Source of the DNA: Paragordius varius
Lineage: Eukaryota > Animalia > Nematomorpha
Assembly: GCA_964247055.1 (NCBI GenBank)
Contig: OZ176057.1
Location: 434,001 to 498,000, forward strand
Length of the DNA stretch: 64,000 nt
Direction of reading: 5' to 3'
Part shown: positions 53,711 to 64,000 of the stretch, piece by piece
Layout: every line of letters starts with the position of its first letter
How positions within the stretch are numbered: position 1 is the first letter of the stretch
Made by a program: the position numbers and the translations under genes
Notes under the pieces: generated by a model
Told to the model about the DNA's origin: nothing
The model's input: the letters and a program-made list of their open reading frames with translations, nothing else
Databases searched by the model: none

Positions 53711-56700
53711 TCAATTTTATCACGGGGAGCCCAAAAAGTCGTGATGGTGAGGTCTGGTAACCCCTGAATTAATATAAAGCGTGATTCTCTTATATTATCA
53801 TTTAAGGTGAGTGAGCTAAGATCTTTTTTAATAGTGCTAAATTTTAGATTCTTGATGGCAGTTTTTATTTTTATTTTCTCCGATTGTTCGTCTATAGTAC
53901 CTTTTCTTTTGAGAAAAAATAATCGAATTGCTTTTTTGCAGGGCGCCTAAAAACGCGTAGCGGCGAGTTCTGAACACTCCGGTTTTAAACCATGAGCGAC
54001 TGTCTATTATCAATAATACCGAAATGTTTGTATTTGCTTCTATTCTATACCTAAGGAAATTATGGGATGAGTAAGATATCGAATTTATTTTAAAAATTTG
54101 CATTTTTCATGGTTTGCGTATTTATTTCGCATTAATGGTAAGATATTAAACGTATGGATATCCTAGCGTATCTCTAAATGAGATTGACTTATAGATAATT
54201 TTATAAAAGAACACTGGATTTTAGTTATTAACTTTAACGTGAATCATTTTTCGTAGAATAGTGAATATTTCTTGTTTTAGGGCAATGGCACTTGATGCTA
54301 TTGTTATTATTTCTAATTGATTTTAAAATAAAATAATTTATTTTATCCATTTTTTTTAAACAAAGATTTTGGGTTGCCTACAACATAGCGATTGAGAAAT
54401 CAAAAAATCCTTTGCTACATTATGCTAAATATATATTTACAAAAAAACCTAATTTGGCACAACAATATTTTTTTTATTTATGTAAGCTTAGTAATTCCCA
54501 ATTTGGCTCTCAAAGAAACGCAAATGCCGAGACCTCGATAAATTTTTAAATGATAGATGATTGAATCAAAAAAGCATATTTTTTGAAAATGTATATGTTC
54601 ATTCCATCTATGGCCAAAATTGTAAAGTATACTTTTGAAGCATGATTATTTCTTACGTCACGTACAAAAATAAAAATTTAATGAAGTGTTTAACTACAGC
54701 GTCAAAATATATTGATGAAATATATATATCCTGATAGAAAAATCAGAAATCTCATTGAATTTTTAGTTTTGGGGCTTACGACTGATTTAAGATAAATATT
54801 TACGCTTGGTAATCACGCCTTATCGATTAACGGAATTTTTTTTGCTTAAAAGGTAAGATCTCACTAAAGTATTTTATAAACTACATATAAAAAGCAAAAT
54901 AATATTTTTATATATAGCACTGATTCCGACGGGGGTTAAAAATATCTTAATCACAATATATATAATCTGATAGGAATATGCATCAGAATTATTATGGTTC
55001 GGTTTTAGCCCTTACGACTGAAAGTTATTTACATTTTATGGTGACTGCTCCATAAAATAACGAAATTGGCATACATTTAAAATAAAATTTTTTTTTGGTA
55101 TACCATATTCCAAAAAATATCAATAAGTATATGCTAAACTAGATATGTTAAAGGAAACAATATTTTTTTATTTTTAATCTTATATGTGGCTTCCTAGTAC
55201 CAATTTTTTTTGGACTCCTAAAATAGTCTTGTTAACATTAAAACGCAAGGATCCGAGATGACTCTAATAATATATGCTCCTCTTGAAATCAATTTTAAAA
55301 AATATATAATTCAAAAAGTTAATTTAGCGTTTGATGAAGCATCTTTAAAACTATTTTGAGGCAAAGCTTTAAAGTATTACATAAATCTATATGTAATTTA
55401 ATGATGCTAAACTTCTATCACCATCTATATACAGAATCTTTTAAAGTAATAAATTATATTTGGCATAAGTAAGACCTCTGAGATTAAAGCTGATAAAAAT
55501 GTTCAGCATTATCAAATTTAAAAATGTGTTTATAATATCTTTAATTTTATACGTTTCTATCATGCCTCAAAATAGTATGGAGTAGGCTTTAGTTAAATTT
55601 GGGTAGAATTGAATTTTTAAAAAATATATATGCATTATTGATATAAAATTTAGCCTATAAATATCGCGTTCTTAATACTCTAGAAGACTTTCGAAGCTTA
55701 CATCTAAAATTTAAAATATTATAAAACTATTGTTTTGATATATTTAGTTTGCAACATTTTTTCTAGTAGAGCATTTAGTTTTTACCAAAAAAATTTATTT
55801 ATAAAAATGTGCCCAAATTTTGTCATTATCTGATATCAAAAAATCACCACGAAATTCAAAAAACTTTGTTAAATCACTCGCTTGGCCAAAACCTGAACAT
55901 TATGATGATCCTGATTTTTCTATCAATATATACCGGATCATCAATATTATACAATTTTTTTTAAAAAGTAACGCTCGCTTTGAAAGTTCGGTTACTTCAA
56001 TATTAACTGATGTAAAATATATTAGCATTTTATGGACTTTACTGTTCGGATGTGTGCTACAAGTGATCTGTCGTATATTTTTTTAAAAAAATATATTTAT
56101 TAAAATATTAAAGAAAGGGAGCATAATCAAAAAAATGAAATGTTAGATAATAGGTTCAAAATTTTTAAAATAAGATTCAGTGTTTTATCAAAAAAGGAAA
56201 AATGCTCAAGTGACATAAAAATATGTTGATTTAACCAAACACCATAATTTAAGTAAAAGTTGATAGAATCTACAGTACGCTCCATGTTTTTTTTTGAAGA
56301 GATGACATTCATAAAGTAATGAACAAATAACATTTAAAAATTGTATGGGTTTTAATATCACCTTCTTCTATATATATTAATTTTCATAGTTTTTTGACTT
56401 CTAGAGTCTAAGTTCAAAAATTTTCTAAAGTTAATTGTTTATATTTTTCAACTAAAATATATAATTATTCTATTGCAATGGTATTTTTGCAAACAAATGA
56501 GCTAATTTATTTGGATCTCACCCAAAATTTAAAACTACCTCAAAAGACTGTTAAGATTTTTCTAAATAAAAAAGATTTAATATGCTAAATTTTTGTATAA
56601 CAGTATTAATAAAGAAAAAATTATATTCACAGCATAAAATAAAAAATAGACTTAGCATGAAAAAATAATTTATATATATTTTCTCGTATTTAAATTTTTT

Positions 56701-56776
56701 ATTATAAATAACATTTTCGCGCTTACCCATAAAAGTATGATTTTCAGCCGATATTTTAACCAATATTGAAATTGTC

Positions 56777-58013
56777 ATGAATGTAAACTTGGACATTTTA
56801 AAAAGAAGGGACAGCGTTCCTAACACAGAAGGAATTAGTCAACAACAAAAACTTTTAGCTCGTTTTGTTTCTGCAATCAGTGGATTAAGTTATAAAAAAA
56901 TACAATTTTTTTAGTTAGCATGATTTTGGGTTTTTGGGTCGCTTTCACACTCTCAGCCAAATGTATTTTAGCCGGATTGGTTCTTGCGTAATATTTAATT
57001 TACATAATTTTTACAATAACACAAATATAAATTAATTTTAACTAAAATAGTTTTATGAAGTATATCCAATCTATTATTTTAAATATTTATTATTGGAGTA
57101 CATTTAAATTAATAACGCCCATATACAAATACAATCCTATTTTTTTATATTTTTATACAAACCTTTTCAACTCAATCATATAGATGTCAGAAAATAAAAC
57201 ATTCAATGTTCCTTCTAAGAATACTAAATTTTTTATATTTTTAAAGCATGTTTTTAAAATTTTCATGAATCATACGCAAAAAGTTTACATGAGATTTTTA
57301 AAGTTTTTTTTGTTTATTTTTATAGCGAAATTGAAATTACATAAACGTTAAAAATGAAGTTAGATTTTTTCGTAAATATAGATATATTTTTTTCCCTTGA
57401 TTTATTTTTTAATATATCCTCTTATTTTGGATCGCAAAATAAGGAATCGAGATTTAAACAGATTACTATAGAAAATAATCAAGGTCCAAAAAGGTATGGT
57501 AATTTTGTAAAATATAATTGAATATTCTAGAATTTCTGGTGCACTAATCTTAACGATCGAAGCTCCATTCTTTTGTATGACAATCGCACCCTTGGCCAAA
57601 ATTATAACCTTTTTCGACAGCAAACCCTATTGGGTTAAAACAGCTTTCTATGGCGGGTTTATATTCATTCTTTTATTTTGAAATTAATTTTTTTTCGAAA
57701 TAATTTTATACTATTTTTTGTTAACTCTTTTGGATTTCGCTTTTTTGGATTAGTTATTTAGTGTCTTAATAATGATTACAAATAACGTAAAATAGTAATA
57801 ATGGGAATTAAAATTGGATTTTTTATTTTAAATTTTCAATTTTTTGATTTTTAATCACCTAAAATTTCGCAAAACAGCGTTTATGTTGGTTAGTAAAGAT
57901 ATTTTTAGGGGCCAAAAAGAGAGTTGACGTTTTAACTTAGCCATAAAAGGAAAATAAAATTGTAAAAATAAATTATTTTTAAAAGTTGGGCTAGTTTTTT
58001 ACATTTTAGAGTG

Positions 58014-58048
<35 letters not shown>

Positions 58049-61000
58049 TAAAGTATATTATTTAAAAAATACCACGGTTTAGATGAAAAAGTTTAACTAT
58101 ACAATACTCTGTTTTTGAGGTATTTTTAATTTTAATAGCGATTTTTAAAATGTAAAAATGATATAAAACTATATATAATAAAATTATTTTATAAAAAAAA
58201 TTAGTAACTAAGTGTGTAAAAATACTGTATCAAACTTTTTGCCATAAATTTTTTGGTGAAATTTCTTAAAATGTCATAACTAGCATCTAAAAATATATAG
58301 ATAGATATTTAATGGTAATAATTACAATATATATTTTCATATTTCACAAAACATATGACAAAATTTAATATACCACACTATACCATTTAAATTAAATTCA
58401 CCTTAAAACAAAATTAACCCATAAAATTAATTATGTGTACCCGGGCTTAAATTTAATTTTTATATCTTTATAGCTTAGTTTATTGTTTTTACAATATTAT
58501 ATTAATTTAAACTAAATTTTTTTTTAAAAAATATTAAAAAACATAATAAGTTATTTTTAATCTTAAAAAAGAGTTAATTTATTTTAGGGTGAATTTGAAT
58601 TTTCCAGGGTGAATTTGAATTGTTCAGGGTGAATTTGGATTGTAAATGGTATGTTATTGTTAAGTGTTAAAAAATTAAGTCGATCTAATATTAATAAAAA
58701 TTCTCTTTTCATAAAGACAACCATATTTGAAACTCTATAAACCCATTTTTACATTTTGAGTTTTGTGTGAAGGGCAAAATACTTAATTGAGATGAAAATT
58801 GTTGTAATAACACGTTTAATTATTCACCAAAATTATAATATAGTGAATATATGGAAAATTAGGTTTTATGGCTGTTTTTTAGCACAAAAATATTTCTTTT
58901 CAATTTTTATTTTCCTAAATGGTATTATAATTTTAATTTGCTCTTGGTCTCATAACTAACACTAGACAACAAATTTTAACTTTTTTTAATTGCCATTCTT
59001 GTAAATTTAAAATTTATTTCATTAAAGTACATAATTAGTATATCTGAAAAGAAAATTGGTCTAGCATGGAAGAATTTTTTTATATTAGAGTTTATCGATA
59101 ATTTTTGGCCCCGATTTAACATTAAACTCGAACTTTCGAAAATTTAAAGTTTTAGATATGAAGCCATGTATTTTATATCATTCGAAAGAGCGCAAAAAAC
59201 TGCATCTTTTAAATGGTAGTAAGTCATTTAAATCAATCGGATGTAAAAGTTAATTGGATTTAAATGATCGAAATTTTCAATCCTTAAATAAGTCAAGAAT
59301 TTTTACAGACAAACTAATCTGAAAATCATATAAATTATTTTAATATAATTATTAGGGTTATATTAGTATTTAATTTAAAAAAATGTTTGAAAAGCTTTTG
59401 GTTTGCTTTTTTAATAAAAATTATTATTATCATAAATATTTTACCTAGTGGATACTAAAATGCATAGTTATAACTGTAAATTTATTACATAATGGCTATA
59501 AAAGATCAAAAACACCTGAAACTTTGTTTTTATCTTTAAATTTTCGAAATTATCAGCCTTGTAAAGAAAATAAATTGATATTGATGAGATGGTAATTTTT
59601 AAAAAACAAAAATCTTAAAAATGGCTGTTTTGAGTGACATAAAAGCAATAAAAAATGTTTTAATCAAAAAAAACTTTCTTGTGTTATCTTTTTTGGACAT
59701 TCATCTCCATCTAAACAAAGTTTGAGCTATTTTCATCCATTAGTTTTAAAAACATAATAATTAAAAAAAATGCTCTCGCTTCGCGCGTTTGTCGCTCTTT
59801 GTGTCCAATATTAACTGTCGATGTAATACATATTAGTATACATTTTATAAAGTTTTTAATACTCTTTCGAATGATATATTACAAATGGGCATTACCTATA
59901 TATTATTAAAGAAAAACATTTTTTAGTAAAATTTTGATAAAGAGGGCGCATAATAAAAAAAAATCAAATTATACAAAATTTTTCCAACGAGTTATAATTT
60001 TTATTTCAGATTTACTGTTAAAATGATATATAATATCAAAAAATGCAAAAAACTCGAGTGGCAGAAAAATTTGTTGTCTAGTGTAATTAAATCATAAGCA
60101 AAAAAATTATTATATATTATATTATAAATTAATATTTTAAAAAATAATGGTTAATGTCAAACATTATTTTTTTAAATTAGATTGAAAATTATATATTTTT
60201 TTTACAATTTTTTCTACTCAATATATTTTAGATTAGCCTTGCCTCCAATATTCATTTGTCCAGGAATCACTACTATTGGGGCTTCAATCTTTATTTTTAT
60301 TTCTGCAGCTTTATACGGTTCTATGGCAATTGGAAAACGGTAACTAATTTTTTTTGTGGAACTGGATAATTCTAATGTTAAACCAAAATTATGAAAAATT
60401 TCTTAAAATTTATACAGTAAAAACTCCTGAATTCATAGAGACAAAACGTAATAATTTTAAAGACAAATATTTTTTTCTAAAAGACAACCATACTTATGCA
60501 AATCTTGATTTATTTAAATATAACTCATGGTTTTAAACTCTAAAGTATTTAATAGAATTGTATATTGGTAACATAATCATTTACATATATTACGATTGCT
60601 ATTGAAAGAGTATAATAGGATAAATTAAGGTTTGAAAAAGTATGGTTGTCTTTAAGAAAAATTTTTGTCTTTTAGGTTTTATAATTTTAATATTTACTTT
60701 ATACATCCACATAATTTGAAATTGTTTAAGGTTACCGATTATTTTCTTTAAAAAAACAAGGAAAATTTAAAGACAAATGCTTAAAAACTATACTTTAATG
60801 AATTTTTCACATAATTTTATCACAATTTTAAAAATTGTATTTATAAGACCCATTTACATTATTCCCCGTTTTTTAACTTAACAAGTTGAATTATATACAT
60901 TGCATTTTTTCATCTTCAAACAATTATAATTACCCTGAAATAAATTATGTGTTTTTTAAGATTGAAAATTACCTATATTTTTTGATATTTTTCAAAAACG

Positions 61001-62054
61001 AAATTTTGTCTAAATTTAGTATATGAGAAATAATACGTTATGTCATAAAAGCTATATTTTATATTAATGTTGAGTTATATTAGCCAGAAGACACACATAA
61101 ATTATTTTAAGGGTGAATTTGGTTTGTTCGAAGGTGAGGATAAATTTTTATTTGGGATATCTAAAATTTAGATAAAAAATATGATCGTTTTTTTGAACCT
61201 AATCAATACTAATAATACAATAATGTTAAAGGCAAAGGGACAAGTCATTACAAAAATTATATTTTTTATAAATATATATATTAATCCGATTTTTAACTAA
61301 AAAAAATAACTTTTGCGCAATATTTATTTAAATGTGCAGTGTCATTTAAAACTAGAGGTTTTTGAAGGACACAATTTTGTATATTAAATTGGTGGGTTAA
61401 AACGTATAATGGTTGGTTGACTTACATTTTTTTTTGATGCAAATAGCTACAGAATAAAAATTATTTTCTTTTATCAAATTTGTAAAAAATTTAAAAGTAT
61501 ATTTTTTTAAGGTTTTTTTGCAGAACTTATGTGTATCCGACTTACATGTAATATAAAATATACAGTAGCGTATGGCATAAAACATTATTAGTCCATAATA
61601 GAATAAAAAAATTTTTTTTTTTAAAAAAACAAGCGGATATTATAGATATGTGTATGTACAACTAGGCTTGTTTTTTTAAAAAAAAACATTTTTTTATATT
61701 TTTATGGACTAATATTGTTTTATCCCATACTCTACTGTATATCGATAAGAACACTTTAATAATAGTTTTGAAAATTAAATTTAAATAAATTTTATACGCG
61801 CATTCAAACTTAACATGTTGAATTAGAATAAAGAAAAGTATACATATATATATTTGTAAACTCCATTACTCCCATTTAGGGGAAGTTCTAAACAAACGCT
61901 GGATGCTGGGGGAGATAGTAGGATGATGGTCCCAGAAATTAAAACTAATATTGGAGTTCCTGGAGCGGGTCCTATTTCTTCACAACCCAAACCGCCGGGC
62001 GGTTTTGGCTTACCACCCCTAACTATAAATTTGGGAAGCGTTTTAGCCAAATAA
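56777..62054 (+). CDS. fwe: Flower / CACFD1 calcium-channel-like cell-fitness protein, 197 aa; exons 56777-56888, 56915-56987, 57531-57656, 60232-60339, 61880-62054
   Basis: ARFVSAISGLISMILGFW, CILAGLVL, IEAPFFC, KPYWVKTAFYGGLALPPIFIC and LYGSMAIGKRG match Drosophila Flower / human CACFD1 motifs. Phases are 1,2,2,2; total 594 nt ending in TAA. Confidence 0.92.
58960..60083 (-). mobile_element. CACTA-like non-autonomous element, 1124 bp, in Flower intron 3
   Basis: TIRs cactagacaacaaattt / aaatttgttgtctagtg, with TAA on both flanks (possible 3-bp TSD). Inverted copy of 20262-21317. Confidence 0.88.
61563..61737. mobile_element. Tc1/pogo-like MITE, 175 bp, in Flower intron 4
   Basis: ta|cagtagcgtatggcataaaacattattagtccata...tatggactaatattgttttatcccatactctactg|ta, with ~70-bp arms and a TA TSD. 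A matching left end lies at ~36450. Confidence 0.85.
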
Positions 62055-63859
62055 AGATGGGCGGCATTCTTGCAATTTTCACTTTCACGGGATTTTTTCC
62101 ACTTGTTTTTTTGTTAACAGTAGTTAAAATTTAGTTTTTGAAAATTTTATACTAAAATATCATTTACTTTTGATAAAATATGCTTTTTATTTATACATTC
62201 TTTAAAATCAAGCACCTCTTTGTAAAATCGATAAGGCATTAAAATCTTTGAATAATTGTGATTTTCACTGCGTTTTCCAATCTTTTTCTTAATTATTTTA
62301 TGCGTCTATATCCTATTTTTATCTTTTTTTATTCAATTATTTAAATTCAGCAATTATATGTAAAAGATGATAATTTTTCGCATAATATAAGGGGCGTTAG
62401 ATGGGAACATTTTTATATACATTTTTCAAGGACCAAAATTTTTAAAAAAAAGTGTGCACCAAAGATTTTTATACAATATTCCATGCATTTTCTATATTTT
62501 GATATCATCTTCACACAAATATCACCAAATAATTTGGAATCTCATTACTTATAATTCCTACTTACCAAGTTTTTTTTACATTCCAATTTTGAATTGTGTT
62601 TTATTAATTTCAGTGAAAATTGAAATTATACGGACAAATTGTAAAAACTAAAGGACAAATATTTTTAAATGGTCAATCATACTTTTTAACCCTTAATTAA
62701 TTTTTTGTAAATATAACTGATAATTTTTTAATTACGAAATAAGAATTGTAAGTTGGTGACACAATCAAATATGTATTTTATAATTAAAATTAAATAAGTT
62801 TTATAGGATGAATTAAGGTTTTAAAATTATTTTTTTTAAAATAAATTTGCCTTTTAGATTTTTCATTTTGTCTGTATAATTTCAATTTTCACTGTAATTT
62901 TAATATGGTAAGATTTTTACATATTATAAAAATGCTTATCATCGATTATCCATCATTTTTATTTTCTATATCATGTGTTTGTAGTCAAGCCAAAGTAAAC
63001 CAATTATCCATTATTTATAAATATTCCTTCATTTATATTTTAATAATCATACGTATTCCTGTAATATTTATTTTGGGCAATAAATTTTTAATGGAATGTC
63101 TTTTCCCTTTTTGATATTTTTTGAACTTTGAAGCCTAAATAATTTTTTTGGTTGATTATTATATAATTATGTTCACTCCATTATTAATTATTTTTTAATT
63201 AAAAACAGTCTTTCCAGTTTTTTGTCTGATTATTTAACTCGATTTTTTGATTATATATATATTTTACACTATTTATTCACCCTTGAACAATTCAGACTCA
63301 CCTTAGATAAAATATGTATTTTTTTGAGTATAAAAATTACTTATGTTTTTTTATATTTTGAAGAAATGGAATTTAAAATAATAAAATATGCCATAAAAAT
63401 ATATTTTATTAATGATGAATCATATTAGCCTGAAAATACGTTTATTTTTAGGGTGAATTAAAATTGTTTCCAGGGTGAATTGAAATTGCTCGAGGGTGAA
63501 TTGTAAATGGTGTATTAAAAAATTATCATTTTACATAAATGGATGAAAATATTTAGTGATTTATGTCAAAAATTAAACCGTATAAACAACATTTTCATTG
63601 CATTGTAATTTAATTTTTAAAATTTAATTAAAAACTTAGGAAAACCTACCAAAAATTATAGTTAAAATCAGATTACTTTATGTCCTTTTCACTTTTTTGT
63701 TTTCCATAACATATTGGGCAGTTTTATATCCCCAAGCTCAATCTTGTAAATAAAATACTGCTTTGAAAGTTCTTTAGAAAATTTAATTATTAAACATTTT
63801 ATTCCTGTATTATTTTAAAAAAACTATATATTTTTTACAGTTATTATACCATTTTTCAT

Positions 63860-64000
63860 GCAAAAACATCATTTTTTCAACCAAATGCAACATTTTTTTA
63901 AGCAAACGCAACATTTTTTCAAGCAAAGACAACATTTTTTTCTAGCAAACGCAACATTTTTTCAAGCAAAGACAACAATTTTTCAAGCAAACGCAACATT
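63860..64000. repeat. Minisatellite with ~21-bp unit, alternating variants, running off the window
   Basis: gcaaacgcaacattttttcaa and gcaaagacaacatttttt units alternate. Confidence 0.9.

Noticed and set aside
47510-56700. Many 60-97-aa AT-rich ORFs listed in the track, here and elsewhere
   Set aside because: I/F/K/Y/N-biased, often with non-ATG starts, and lacking motifs or splice support, as expected by chance in AT-rich DNA.
61823-62050. 75-aa minus-strand ORF MAKTLPKF...
   Set aside because: It is the antisense shadow of the last Flower exon.

Overview
AT-rich, intron-containing animal genomic DNA, not prokaryotic; no rRNA, tRNA or CRISPR array was seen. Five protein genes were rebuilt by hand from GT-AG exons whose phases fit, and most are missed by the ORF track. 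(1) A 5'-incomplete STE20/PAK-like kinase (1069-4721, +), followed by a ~170-bp satellite and, 8 kb on, a partial duplicate of its 3' end. (2) An SLC46/PCFT-like MFS transporter (31447-35167, +; 501 aa). (3) A convergent orphan single-pass membrane protein (35319-37074, -; 162 aa). (4) A highly atypical 7-exon Noggin (40669-47428, -; 517 aa) with a ~67-aa His/Asp/Asn-rich loop inside the cystine-knot domain, a long N-terminal extension and no C-terminal dimerisation cysteine. (5) Flower/CACFD1 (56777-62054, +; 197 aa), which appears to need a 26-nt intron. The remainder is dense in decayed transposons: a Gypsy LTR element, a hAT-Blackjack element carrying an internal inverted transposase copy, a mariner inside a noggin intron, hAT/piggyBac/CACTA/Tc1-like MITEs, a 1.2-kb foldback and LINE/Penelope relics. 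All family assignments come from remembered motifs; no database search was run.
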